64,000 bases of DNA from an uncultured virus (IMG/VR IMGVR_UViG_3300017963_000250) (Duplodnaviria; Heunggongvirae; Uroviricota; Caudoviricetes): the IMG/VR virus record IMGVR_UViG_3300017963_000250. One strand, 5' to 3'. The notes below the pieces were generated by a model. The model was given only the letters and a program-made list of their open reading frames with translations. It had not been told where the DNA came from and searched no databases. The position numbers and the translations under genes were made by a program. This document shows, one piece after another, positions 38,056 to 47,881 of the stretch. Every line of letters begins with the position of its first letter. Position 1 is the first letter of the stretch.

Positions 38056-38967
38056 ATGCAAGGAGTTTCTGTGAAAACAATGCATCTTTTTGCCGGTATA
38101 GGAGGAGGCCTTTATGCAGACCTCATTTTGGGACATGAGCCTGTCGTCGCCGTCGAGCAAAACCATTACTGTTGCAAAGTCTTGCGACAGCGAGCCCGAG
38201 AAGGATGGTTCCCCAGCCTGCAAGTGTGGGAAGGGGACATCCGCATGTACGATCCATCCGAGCACAAAGGCAGAGTGGATTCGATCGCAGCGGGCTGGCC
38301 TTGCCAGGACATTAGCGTTGCTGGAAGAGGAGCAGGGCTTGACGGTGAACACAGCGGACTCTTTTTCGAAGTCGTCAGGATCGCCGGCGTATTACGACCA
38401 CGCTACATCTTCATGGAAAACTCACCAGCTATCGTTACTAGGGGACTCGACAGGGTTCTCGGATCGCTGGTCGAGCTCGGGTATGATTGCCGATGGACGG
38501 TATTATCCGCAGCGAATTCGACTTCCGCGCAAATACGTGCCCGGTGGTGGTGCCTTGCCACTTTACCCGACGCCGACAGTGACAGACAGCAAAGATCGGA
38601 CATATCAAGTAGCGAACGGAAGGAAGTTGCCGACATTGGCGGGAGCAGCCAGAGGGTTCTGGCGAGCAGTGAAAGCATCGGATGCGCAAACCGGTTGGAT
38701 AATGGCAGACGACAAACATGCAAGCCTGAGAGATCAGGTAAAAATGTATCCAGCTCCGGCAGCACGGGATCACAGGAGCGGGAAGGGCAGGAAAGACAAC
38801 GGGCACACACCACAACTGCCGGAGGTGATTGGTGGGCAATTGAGCCCGGAATGGGTCGAGTGGCTAATGGGGTTCCCAACCGGCGCGACCGAATTGAGGG
38901 ATTAGGTAACGCGCAGGTGCCGGCACAGGCGGCGCTTGCATGGACAATACTCAGCAAAAAGGGGTAA
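38056..38967 (+). CDS. DNA (cytosine-5) methyltransferase, large subunit (motifs I-VIII and X)
   Basis: HLFAGIGG, AGWPCQD, FMENS, R.RWW, LGNAQVP; true start may be a few codons downstream. Confidence 0.88.
   Translation: MQGVSVKTMHLFAGIGGGLYADLILGHEPVVAVEQNHYCCKVLRQRAREGWFPSLQVWEGDIRMYDPSEHKGRVDSIAAGWPCQDISVAGRGAGLDGEHSGLFFEVVRIAGVLRPRYIFMENSPAIVTRGLDRVLGSLVELGYDCRWTVLSAANSTSAQIRARWWCLATLPDADSDRQQRSDISSSERKEVADIGGSSQRVLASSESIGCANRLDNGRRQTCKPERSGKNVSSSGSTGSQEREGQERQRAHTTTAGGDWWAIEPGMGRVANGVPNRRDRIEGLGNAQVPAQAALAWTILSKKG
38114..38905 (+). CDS. Overlapping alternative-frame MTase small subunit (TRD-like region plus motif IX)
   Basis: +1 frame: LYPTPT, MYPAPAARDH, GGQLSPEWVEWLMGFPTGAT (motif IX), which the main frame lacks. 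Start uncertain. Confidence 0.7.
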   Translation: MQTSFWDMSLSSPSSKTITVAKSCDSEPEKDGSPACKCGKGTSACTIHPSTKAEWIRSQRAGLARTLALLEEEQGLTVNTADSFSKSSGSPAYYDHATSSWKTHQLSLLGDSTGFSDRWSSSGMIADGRYYPQRIRLPRKYVPGGGALPLYPTPTVTDSKDRTYQVANGRKLPTLAGAARGFWRAVKASDAQTGWIMADDKHASLRDQVKMYPAPAARDHRSGKGRKDNGHTPQLPEVIGGQLSPEWVEWLMGFPTGATELRD

Positions 38968-38969
38968 AC

Positions 38970-39653
38970 ATGTTTATTTTGCATAACCCAAGAGAATTCA
39001 GTTTTACGTCCGTATCCCCAAAAATAGTGAAAGTAGCGAGGAAGCTGCATGTGCTCGATCTGTTTTGCGGTGCAGGCGGGGTCTCCATGGGGCTATACGA
39101 GGCGGCACACGGTCTTGTCAATATCACCGGTATCGACATCGACAGGCAACCGGACTACCCGTTCAACTTCATACAGGAGAATGTCTATAAAATATCGCCC
39201 CAGTACCTGAAGGGTTTCGACTTCATCTGGGCCTCGCCACCATGCCAGAGATACAGTTTCGCGACCAGGAAAGCGCGCAGAGCATTGCATCCAGATTCGA
39301 TTCCGCCGACAAAAAGACTTCTGCGTCACGCCACTGTGCCATGGGTTATAGAAAATGTACGTGACGCGCCAATCCGCAAAGATCTCATGCTTTGCGGGTC
39401 GTTTTTCGGGCTCGGGGTGATAAGGCACCGGTACTTCGAAATAGACGGTTTCAAGATACCGAAGTTCAAAGCGAAATGTAAACACCCGGAGAAGTTCTTT
39501 ACTGTTGCGGGAGGAGGAACCGGCACCGTGAAAGAATGGCAGAACGCGATGGGTATTTTTCATACGAAGAATCGCAAGTCTCTGCGCGAGTCGATCCCGC
39601 CGGCGTATAGCAGGTTCATTTTCTCGTATTACCTGGAGATGCTTTTGTCTTGA
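38970..39653 (+). CDS. Second, compact C5 DNA methyltransferase-like protein
   Basis: LDLFCGAGG, ASPPCQ, IENV, RHRYFE, ESIPPAYS. Confidence 0.85.
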   Translation: MFILHNPREFSFTSVSPKIVKVARKLHVLDLFCGAGGVSMGLYEAAHGLVNITGIDIDRQPDYPFNFIQENVYKISPQYLKGFDFIWASPPCQRYSFATRKARRALHPDSIPPTKRLLRHATVPWVIENVRDAPIRKDLMLCGSFFGLGVIRHRYFEIDGFKIPKFKAKCKHPEKFFTVAGGGTGTVKEWQNAMGIFHTKNRKSLRESIPPAYSRFIFSYYLEMLLS

Positions 39654-39823
39654 GTTTTTTTGTAATTTATGTTATAATAAAGGGTTGAGCAAGTAAGCTC
39701 CTAACTTAACTTAACTCCACAAAAAAGTTGACCCCATGCCCTCTCCCGATGGTTATCTTGTCTGCTTCAAGGTTATCTCCATACGCCCGGCCATGGGGTT
39801 TTTCTTTTACAAGGGGCAATAAA

Positions 39824-40882
39824 GTGAAAAAATTATTTTTTATAATGATGTTTTTTTTGCCGGCAGTGGGGTGTACCGGCGGCGGCGATGACGACGACAC
39901 GGCAGATCCGCGTACGAGGTACCCGACCGCGACCTGGTCGCAAAAGACTACCCCGGCCGGGTCGACTCTCGCCCGCGCCGACGCCGATCGTGCCGGTCAT
40001 ACCGCCGTCGTCCACAACGCCCGCATGTACATCTTCGCCGGCAAGGACGAGACCGGGCTCCACAATTCTCTGCATGTCTACGACTTTTTTGCGAACACCT
40101 GGCAGGAACTAGCGCCCGGCGGCACCGTCCCGGACGCACGCTGGCGACATGGCGCTGCTGTCATCAACGGCAAGATGTATGTCATCGGTGGCGAAGGCGC
40201 GGCCGGGGCACTCGCTGACGTGTGGGAGTACGACATCGCTGGCAACGCCTGGACACGGAAAAGCGACGCGCCGTTCTCTCGCGCCGGCCATGCCGTGAGC
40301 GTTAGCGGTAACATGATCTACGTGTTCTGCGGCAAGGACGAGACCGGTACCGCCATCGCCGATATGTGGGAATACGACCCCGTAGGAGACAGTTGGCGAC
40401 AATTGCTCGACAAGGACGCCCCACCATCGCCACGAGACGGCGCTCGCGCCTCTTTCTTCGAGACGATATACCTCCATGGCGGCGATGACGGGGCGGGCAT
40501 CTGGGACAATTATCTCTACAAGTTCGACTTCGCGACCTGGTCATGGAATACACGCACCAGATACGCCGAGGGGCGCGCATATCACGCATCCTGTTTCGCG
40601 GACGCAAGATTATACGTTTTCGGCGGCAAGCTCGCGAACGGTGCCTTTACGAACGATTTATGGGAATATGACCCGTACCATTACCCGAACGAGTACGCGA
40701 CCGAAACGACCGAGCGCACCTACCTGATCCATGAGGACGACCCGGCGCGCGACCCCAGCCCGCGCGCATACGCGACAGGGGTCGCCTACGACGGCAAATT
40801 CTACGTGTACGGCGGGATAGACTCCGCGGGGAATTATCTGGACGAACTATGGGAATGCGGACTCGGGTTTGTGATGAAGTGA
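39824..40882 (+). CDS. Kelch-repeat beta-propeller lipoprotein
   Basis: Signal peptide KKLFFIMMFFLPAVG-C (lipobox-like); about 6 Kelch repeats (R.GH...Y.FGG...W.YD). Confidence 0.85.
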   Translation: MKKLFFIMMFFLPAVGCTGGGDDDDTADPRTRYPTATWSQKTTPAGSTLARADADRAGHTAVVHNARMYIFAGKDETGLHNSLHVYDFFANTWQELAPGGTVPDARWRHGAAVINGKMYVIGGEGAAGALADVWEYDIAGNAWTRKSDAPFSRAGHAVSVSGNMIYVFCGKDETGTAIADMWEYDPVGDSWRQLLDKDAPPSPRDGARASFFETIYLHGGDDGAGIWDNYLYKFDFATWSWNTRTRYAEGRAYHASCFADARLYVFGGKLANGAFTNDLWEYDPYHYPNEYATETTERTYLIHEDDPARDPSPRAYATGVAYDGKFYVYGGIDSAGNYLDELWECGLGFVMK

Positions 40883-40893
40883 AGGAGGTTGAA

Positions 40894-41823
40894 ATGAAAA
40901 TATGGGTATCGGATAGGGTCGCCGGCAAGAGAAAGGTCGTTGTCGACAACCCACCACTTATACGGGGCAACCCTTCCGCACCGGTTATACTGAAAGAGTT
41001 TTGGGGCTTTATAGAGGCGTGTTTCGGGAAAAAATACATGCCGAAAAAACCGATAACCAAGTATGCACTTGGCGCTGGCGTCTTCGGCGTAGTCTACGAG
41101 ACGCGCACCCCAGGCGTGGTGCTCAAAGTGACGTCAGACGCCACGGAGGGGAAGTTGATCGACGAGGTACTGCCGATACTGAAAAAAAGTCCAGGTGCAG
41201 AGTGGGGGTTATCCGGTATGGTCGAGTATTACGGGATAATAAAACTCGACACTGAATTCCGGGACAGCAGGGATGTTTACGTGATACTCCGGGAGCAGGT
41301 ACATTCGCCTGGCCTCATGAAATCAGCAGAATATCTGGTCGACACCTCACCGGACGAGGAATACGACGACATCGTCGGAAACAGGTACATACTAGAGTCT
41401 GAACTTGGCAGGATAAAAGACTACGGTGACGAGATCGACACCTTGCGAAGCGACATGTCCCCCTCCACGTTTAAAAAATCGTTTACCGCTGGTCTAAAAC
41501 ACGAAATGCCACACGACACTTATATTGAGCATATTGGCAGGCTAAGAGAACTACCATATGATGATGATGCCAGGGTTGTGGAACTGGTGTCGCTTTATGG
41601 GCGCGCGAGCGAGGTGATGAGAGATGGGTGGTTTGTTAGGGTGCTGGAGGCAGATGATGTTATTGAGGGCGAGTACTGGATGGGTGAACTGATCGGCCGG
41701 ACACTGTCGTACCTGTTTGCACACGGAGTAATCATTGCTGATCTCCACGACAACAATGTGGGGATGGTGGCGAGGGCAGATATGCCGGTTATCATGGACC
41801 CTGGTTCCGCTATCACAAAATAA
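40894..41823 (+). CDS. Protein kinase-like fold protein, paralog 1
   Basis: LGAGVFGVVY, VLKVT, IADLHDNNVG, IMDPG. Confidence 0.75.
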   Translation: MKIWVSDRVAGKRKVVVDNPPLIRGNPSAPVILKEFWGFIEACFGKKYMPKKPITKYALGAGVFGVVYETRTPGVVLKVTSDATEGKLIDEVLPILKKSPGAEWGLSGMVEYYGIIKLDTEFRDSRDVYVILREQVHSPGLMKSAEYLVDTSPDEEYDDIVGNRYILESELGRIKDYGDEIDTLRSDMSPSTFKKSFTAGLKHEMPHDTYIEHIGRLRELPYDDDARVVELVSLYGRASEVMRDGWFVRVLEADDVIEGEYWMGELIGRTLSYLFAHGVIIADLHDNNVGMVARADMPVIMDPGSAITK

Positions 41824-41832
41824 AGGGAGGAA

Positions 41833-42816
41833 ATGATGGAGATATGGGTATCGCCGGAACTAGTCGGCAAAAGCAAGATAAAAGTTTTTGGGAATCCCCC
41901 TGTTTTCAAAGGTGGGTCGATAGAAGATTTTATCATGAAAAACTGGAATTTTATAGAGGGGGTGCTTGGTGAACGGGCTATGCCGAATACGCCACTTGGT
42001 GATCATACTCTGGGGTCTGGGATGTACGGGAGTGTTTTTTCGTCCAAGTCACCATCCCTTGTGTTCAAAGTGACCACAGATAAAACAGAAGGGAAGTTTA
42101 TAGAGGCACTTCTGCCCCTGATAAAAGAGAAAAAAAGTTCGGAAAAGGGTTTGGTCGGGTTGGTAAAATACTACGGGATCATCATGTTCCCGATGCCAAA
42201 TTCAAAACACAAGATATACATGCTTGTGCGGGAGAAGGTTTTACACCCAGGATACAGAGGGATAATGTCTTTTTACATAGATCGCCTGTGGAGAGAGAGG
42301 ATTTTAAGAAAGGATACTTATGATAGGGATATGAAGAAACTGGAAGACAACGGACATAACCTCCGTGAGTACATGGAACGTCTTGCGTCACTTGGAGGTG
42401 GGTTCTTTTTTCTTATGAAGAAAATGAAGTGGAAATCGCGGGAATTTCAGGGTGGTCTTCACAGGGGGTTGTTGATAAAGCGTACTGACGAGGAGTGGGA
42501 GAATCACTATATCACATATAGGCATTACCACGCAAAGTGGAGCAGGCAACCAGAAGGAGTACAGGTGAAACTGTTTGTCGGATTGTTGGCGCAACAGGCG
42601 CGCATGATGCGAGACGGAGTGTGGGTTGTCCCCCATGACAGGGGTAAATTCTGGATGGGGAAGCTGATTGGTAGAACTATGTCGTATCTTCTCCGAAACG
42701 GTATTGTTATTGCCGATCTCCACGAAGACAACATCGGGTTGGTTCTTAGAGAGGAGGAGCCGGTGATCATGGACCCCGGACACGCCATCCCCAAGAAGTT
42801 CCCAAGAAGAAAGTGA
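41833..42816 (+). CDS. Protein kinase-like fold protein, paralog 2
   Basis: LGSGMYGSVF, VFKVT, IADLHEDNIG, IMDPG. Confidence 0.75.
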   Translation: MMEIWVSPELVGKSKIKVFGNPPVFKGGSIEDFIMKNWNFIEGVLGERAMPNTPLGDHTLGSGMYGSVFSSKSPSLVFKVTTDKTEGKFIEALLPLIKEKKSSEKGLVGLVKYYGIIMFPMPNSKHKIYMLVREKVLHPGYRGIMSFYIDRLWRERILRKDTYDRDMKKLEDNGHNLREYMERLASLGGGFFFLMKKMKWKSREFQGGLHRGLLIKRTDEEWENHYITYRHYHAKWSRQPEGVQVKLFVGLLAQQARMMRDGVWVVPHDRGKFWMGKLIGRTMSYLLRNGIVIADLHEDNIGLVLREEEPVIMDPGHAIPKKFPRRK

Positions 42817-42873
42817 AGTAAGCCTTTTCTTATCTCTACGCTTTCTACGTCTCTGATGAAATAAAGGGAGGAA

Positions 42874-43383
42874 ATGATGGAGATATGTGGTAAGTGCGAG
42901 AAGCAATGCGATTATACCCCCCACTGGGGGTATTGTCCTGACTGTACGGCAAAAGCGGCAGCGGAAGATGCTTTGATCGGTTTCGCACTCGTTGACACCG
43001 CATTTGAGGAACTGAAGAAGGCGTTATCGCAAGACCCGCTACCGCAATGGCTGCAAGAATTGCCGGAAAAAGACAGGGCGAAATTGGAAAAGGGGGTAAA
43101 AAACGCGCGAACATTGACGCCATCGTTGCCGCCCCGGCTAAGTGCTTGCAGAAAATGCGGCAATATTTGCGACAACATTGCAGACGTACGCGGTTTTTGT
43201 GAAAAATGCGTTGCGACAAACGCGGCAAAGAAAATACAGGCCGGCGAAGATGTCGATGACAAAGACAAAGAGACGCTTCGTGTTGCATTGGAAAGACAAC
43301 CGTTATGGGTCAGAAGCATAGAAAAAAAGGAACTCGCCCTCCTGCAAGGCCGTGTTGCAGAAAAAAAGCGCGTACAAGTATAA
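42874..43383 (+). CDS. Double Zn-finger hypothetical protein
   Basis: Two CxxC...CxxC units. Confidence 0.55.
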   Translation: MMEICGKCEKQCDYTPHWGYCPDCTAKAAAEDALIGFALVDTAFEELKKALSQDPLPQWLQELPEKDRAKLEKGVKNARTLTPSLPPRLSACRKCGNICDNIADVRGFCEKCVATNAAKKIQAGEDVDDKDKETLRVALERQPLWVRSIEKKELALLQGRVAEKKRVQV

Positions 43384-43713
43384 GTCGTACGCGCTTAGAC
43401 CATCTGTACAAAAATTAACGAGATAGTAAATGGTCTGATCTGATGATGGCTACTTATCCAGAATGTTTACTATGGAGGGGTATCCTGAAACGCTTCGGTG
43501 CTCGCGTTCCAGTACCAGTCCTGATCTCTCGGACGCGGTCTCAGTCTGCATTCGCTGCTAACCTGCATAGTATCGATATCGTCGACGTCGAACTCACAAT
43601 ATCCGTACGGTCCCATATGCAGGTTTATCGGGATAGTTTGCTCCTCGCCCAATCGCGGGTGGGTGCCCGTATGTTCTTGTTTAGCGACGACATGGTTTTT
43701 AACTGCCGACATT

Positions 43714-44463
43714 TTACACCTCCTCCCAAAAACCTTTTATGTACAGGTCTATCGCTTGCCCTTCACCTTTGTAGTCTACCACCTGGGACGAACTGAGCTC
43801 CTGGGTGACATCGGCGAACCCGCCGGTGGCGAAACTTTGCCAGGCGGCGCTACTGCCGTCCTTTCTAAGCCACACGCTTTTCTTTTCGTCCGCGCTATCT
43901 GCGAGCATAGTGACCAGGGTAGAGGTCGGCGGCACATAATTGACACAACTTACATTGGCATACGTTGCGGCTGTACCTCCCGAAAGCACTTCGCCCACGT
44001 CCGCATCATCGTATAGAATCATGCGGAGTCTATCGCCGAACGTTTTGCCGACAAGAAGGTTGCTGCCACTGTCGTTGTAATACGAACCCAGGCGGCGTTG
44101 CTTGGTGTACCCTGCCGGCTGGGTCGGCGAAGTCGAGCTTATAGAGAACCGAAAGGTGGTAGCCAGGGTGGTCGGGTGCTTGAACACCCATATATAATAC
44201 CAGGTTGACGCGGCCTCACTCCCGGTATCGAGATCCGTGGTGAGGTCCAGGGTGTTGGTACCGGTTATTGCGATATCGGTGGTATCGTCGTCACTGCGGC
44301 ACTCGCCCGGCCCGATGTCTATCTGGTATGTCGGGTTGGTGACGTTGTTCTCCAGGGTAAATCTACTGAGATAGCTTTTGGGGTACCCAATCAGGGTCGG
44401 GTCGAACTGGATATCGGCTATTTTCCTGCCGCCGGTTAGCCTTGAAAAATTTTCTGTTGCCAT
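43714..44463 (-). CDS. Fibre/virion protein
   Basis: LDTGSEAASTWYYIW...PAGYT..RRLGS motif common in phage fibre proteins. Confidence 0.6.
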   Translation of the reverse strand: MATENFSRLTGGRKIADIQFDPTLIGYPKSYLSRFTLENNVTNPTYQIDIGPGECRSDDDTTDIAITGTNTLDLTTDLDTGSEAASTWYYIWVFKHPTTLATTFRFSISSTSPTQPAGYTKQRRLGSYYNDSGSNLLVGKTFGDRLRMILYDDADVGEVLSGGTAATYANVSCVNYVPPTSTLVTMLADSADEKKSVWLRKDGSSAAWQSFATGGFADVTQELSSSQVVDYKGEGQAIDLYIKGFWEEV

Positions 44464-44470
44464 TTCTCAC

Positions 44471-45664
44471 CTACTTTTCGATAAAGTGTAGTCCGAACAC
44501 GATGCTCTCCGTCCCGGAGGTAGCCGCCCATGAAGCGTCGGTCGTGTACTTGGCACCGACTTTGTCGTCTGCGCTGCCGATGAGCCCGGATGTGTTTTGC
44601 GCCGCCGTCGCGCTCGCGTCGTTCGTGGTCACACCGTCGAGCACGAGGTCGAGATCGGACGGGGTGACCTTGGTCCCGTTTATAGTCGGCTCGACGGTAA
44701 GCGTCCCGGCAGAGCGTGGCGAATCGCTTTGCAGTGTCGACGCGGTCAGGTAAAAATCGTACGGGATAATTACCCCGTTCAGTATATCGCTCGCGTCCCA
44801 CATCGCGACATCGGTCTGCGACTGGCCGATCCCGGTCGCATCGCCCCGGAAATGGAACAGGATAAGCCCGGACCGTTTCCTGAACTCGTTGTGGTTCGAA
44901 CCGTCGAATTCGTAAAGGACGCTGTCTTCCTCCAGGAGATATACCGCCCCGGTGGTGAGCGCCGCCGGCATCACCCTGAACGTGTACGCGGCCGCGTCCG
45001 TGTAGGTACGGATCTTGTCGTCGGCAGTATTGTCGCCACTTTCCCCTGTGGAGTCGTTCCCGCTCGTGCGCCAGATGAACCGATCTTCGACCGAAATGCC
45101 CGCGCCGGCGTTCCACGACCCGCCGGTAAACGTGTGGAGCAGTGGCGCTGCTACCGCGATCGTGTTCGTATTGAGGCATTTCTCGCCCTCCAGCGGCCCG
45201 ACATACGAATACGGGACGTTGTTCTCGTCCGAGATGTACGCCTTTGTCACTTCGAAATTGTTGACGTCGACCACGTCGATCAACCCAGAGAACGTGCCGT
45301 AGGTGGCGCTGGTAAAGGTGACCAGATACACACCGGATAATTGGAAATCGTGCCCGACATCATAGCAATTGAGCTTCCCACCGCCGGCGTCGGTAAAGTC
45401 GCAGGTGCCAGATCGCGCCCGACCGTCCGGCGCTTCGTCATGCACGTAGTTTATCTCGTAGGTAACGCTCTCCTGCCAGTCCCTGGCCTCGATCTCGTCG
45501 TTTACCTGTAGTTCGGTGGTAAAGGTGTCTGTCGCGGACGGGGTATACCCGGTCGGCGACATCGCGTCCTTTTCGTCCGAAGACGGGATGAAGTCCGGGT
45601 CGAACGACACGTCCGCACGCGCGCCACCTCCGGTAAGCCATCTGAAAAATTTCTGTACTGCCAT
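44471..45664 (-). CDS. Virion structural protein
   Basis: Beta-rich; N-terminus shared with the 43714 gene, C-terminus shared with the 48353 gene. Confidence 0.55.
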   Translation of the reverse strand: MAVQKFFRWLTGGGARADVSFDPDFIPSSDEKDAMSPTGYTPSATDTFTTELQVNDEIEARDWQESVTYEINYVHDEAPDGRARSGTCDFTDAGGGKLNCYDVGHDFQLSGVYLVTFTSATYGTFSGLIDVVDVNNFEVTKAYISDENNVPYSYVGPLEGEKCLNTNTIAVAAPLLHTFTGGSWNAGAGISVEDRFIWRTSGNDSTGESGDNTADDKIRTYTDAAAYTFRVMPAALTTGAVYLLEEDSVLYEFDGSNHNEFRKRSGLILFHFRGDATGIGQSQTDVAMWDASDILNGVIIPYDFYLTASTLQSDSPRSAGTLTVEPTINGTKVTPSDLDLVLDGVTTNDASATAAQNTSGLIGSADDKVGAKYTTDASWAATSGTESIVFGLHFIEK

Positions 45665-45667
45665 CTC

Positions 45668-45952
45668 TTACCTTCCCAGAGTATGTTTGAACTCCGCTTT
45701 GACCGTCGCCTGGTCGGTGCCGGTCTGCGTGAAATTGACGGTTATCTGGGTTTTGTCGCCGGAGATGCTCACGAACGAAGCGCCGGTAATGCTGCTGCCT
45801 AACGGGATAACCTCTATGGACAGCCAGTCGGTGTTGTCGATCTTCGCCGGCGGGATCGCGAGCGCGAACGTGTTGCTGCCGTTTACCGGCTGGCCGGTCG
45901 CTTGCGAATGCAATTGCCCGCCGGTTTTGAGTGTCAGATCCGGGAACGCCAT
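45668..45952 (-). CDS. Small beta-rich virion protein
   Basis: Operon context; ends HTLGR, similar to HSIVK of the 62266 gene. Confidence 0.5.
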   Translation of the reverse strand: MAFPDLTLKTGGQLHSQATGQPVNGSNTFALAIPPAKIDNTDWLSIEVIPLGSSITGASFVSISGDKTQITVNFTQTGTDQATVKAEFKHTLGR

Positions 45953-46203
45953 CTTTTTCTCCTTACCATGTATACCGGGTTAAAAAAGTAAATGTTCTGT
46001 ATAAGCCACATTTTGAGTGTCTCAATGTCGACCATGCCGTCGTCGTCGACCCACACCTTGCCTTTACGTATCCACGAATAGAGCGTTGTCGGCGACATCC
46101 CGATCGCGTTCGCGAACTCGGATACCGTATAGTTCTTCACCCGGAGTCTTGGCGAAAGACGGTCCAGGTTTTCGTATATCTCCCGCGCCTGTTCCGCGTC
46201 CAT
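45934..46203 (-). CDS. MerR/excisionase-like HTH protein
   Basis: YTVSEFANAIGMSPTTLYSWIRKG. Confidence 0.7.
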   Translation of the reverse strand: MDAEQAREIYENLDRLSPRLRVKNYTVSEFANAIGMSPTTLYSWIRKGKVWVDDDGMVDIETLKMWLIQNIYFFNPVYMVRRKRWRSRI

Positions 46204-46234
46204 CTATATCTCCTTTCTTGTAGGGGAGGGGGGC

Positions 46235-46456
46235 TTCACCGCAGAGGCGCAGAGAACGCAGAGATAAGAGAAGACTTGGGGAATGCTTTTTTGTAAAAAA
46301 CCATTCCCCAAACCCCTTTCAAAAAACTTTAACGAAGGAAAAGGACGTCCCTGTCCTCACATCAAAGTTTTTGAGGGGGTCTGGGGGAACTTTTTCCAAA
46401 AAGTTCCCCCAGTTTCTTTTCTTGACTCTGCGTACTCTGCGTCTCTGCGGTGAATT
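46235..46456. repeat. Dispersed REP-like repeat, copies G (inverted pair)
   Basis: Forward unit 46235-46330, reverse unit about 46365-46456. Confidence 0.85.
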
Positions 46457-46467
46457 CTTTTTCCCCA

Positions 46468-47097
46468 TCAGTCGAGCTCCATGACCATCTGCGTACCGGA
46501 GTTGTACGACCTCGGGTGCCATGCGTCTATTTTCGCCTTGAACTTGATATCGTGGTTTTCGTCCTTTGGCGATTTCCAGTTGACCGAGATCTGCTCGACG
46601 CTGCCGTCGAGATCGGCCTTCTTGGTAAAAAGCTTCCCCCTCGGCGCTTTTATCCGCAGCGTACCGACCGGGTATATCGGGTTGTCGTCCTCGTCCCGGA
46701 ACAGGATAGTGATGCCGACCATGTTCCCGTTCGCGCTCATATTGTACCGTGGCGGCGGTCCGGGCGAAAGCAGAGACTGGTCACATGACCACACTATTCG
46801 TTTCCTTTTCCGCCGGTCGAGCTTTTTGTTGCCTGGCTCGGAGAGGTCTATCTTGTACATGAACTGCTCGGAGAACACGGTTTCGTCCTTCTCTACCGCA
46901 TAGCAACTCTCGCAACTCTCGCAATCGTGCCCCGGTACGTGCCCAGGGCAAACCTGCTCGCAAGTCGGCTCTAACCCCGGCATTGTCACACGCTGCTTCT
47001 TACCGTCCTCATCCTCTACCAACTTGGTTACCGTGCCGGGCACCGCCACCTGTTTTACGTTGCCGATTTCGTCATGCACTATTCTCATCTTCGGCAT
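46468..47097 (-). CDS. Hypothetical protein
   Basis: 209-aa ORF in operon. Confidence 0.55.
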   Translation of the reverse strand: MPKMRIVHDEIGNVKQVAVPGTVTKLVEDEDGKKQRVTMPGLEPTCEQVCPGHVPGHDCESCESCYAVEKDETVFSEQFMYKIDLSEPGNKKLDRRKRKRIVWSCDQSLLSPGPPPRYNMSANGNMVGITILFRDEDDNPIYPVGTLRIKAPRGKLFTKKADLDGSVEQISVNWKSPKDENHDIKFKAKIDAWHPRSYNSGTQMVMELD

Positions 47098-47881
47098 TGC
47101 TTGTCCTTTCTGCTATTGTCGTTTTCGGGGCGTTGAAGAACCCCAGTCGATACTTCCTCGCAAACATCCGCAGTGGGTAGTCGAGCGTGATCATCCTGTA
47201 TGGCAGTTCCTTATCTATGCGTTCGATAAGCGAATAATTGGCGTTGTTCATTATGTAGCTCCATGTCGACATCAGTATCGCCGGCGACATCGTAAGCACG
47301 CCGGAGAGGTCGGGCTCGAACAGGAACTCGGAGAGCACGCGCTCGAACCCCTCTACCGACGCCGGCACCCGGTCGTAATCGAACGCGTTCTCGTAGTCGA
47401 TGGGGATCAGTGTGTCGATATCGCGATCGTAGATCAGGTTCCTCGCCGTGCGGTCCCAGTTCCCCAACACAAAGTCACAAAGGACGATGTACATGAACTC
47501 CAGTCGGTGGCACGCTCTTTTCGGTAGCACAAGATTCATGCCTTCGAGCGAACTGAAGGTAACGTATTGCGGTCCGTCCATCCATTCGCGCAAAAGCGCG
47601 GGCGTGCTGAACGTCTTGCCGCCATCTTCCAGTTCTGCGTTGAGAAGCCTGGTCGCCGGCGTGTATACGCCCAGAAACTTGGCCAGCCATACCCCTTTGT
47701 GTTCGCGTTCGACGTCGATCGGTAGGATCTCGTTCTCTTCGCGATATTCACGCGCTTCGTCAAAGACCGACCATTTCGGCAGTTCTCGCAACTTGAGCAG
47801 CTTGTCCTCGAACCTGAACGGGGTAGTGCGCCCTTTGCCGACATACGAAAGCTCATTGACGTTTATCTTCAGTTTTTTCAT
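47072..47881 (-). CDS. HipA/PI3-4-kinase-like protein
   Basis: DFVLGNWDRTARNL...IPIDYENAF; start refined by ATGA overlap. Confidence 0.7.
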   Translation of the reverse strand: MKKLKINVNELSYVGKGRTTPFRFEDKLLKLRELPKWSVFDEAREYREENEILPIDVEREHKGVWLAKFLGVYTPATRLLNAELEDGGKTFSTPALLREWMDGPQYVTFSSLEGMNLVLPKRACHRLEFMYIVLCDFVLGNWDRTARNLIYDRDIDTLIPIDYENAFDYDRVPASVEGFERVLSEFLFEPDLSGVLTMSPAILMSTWSYIMNNANYSLIERIDKELPYRMITLDYPLRMFARKYRLGFFNAPKTTIAERTSNAEDENSA

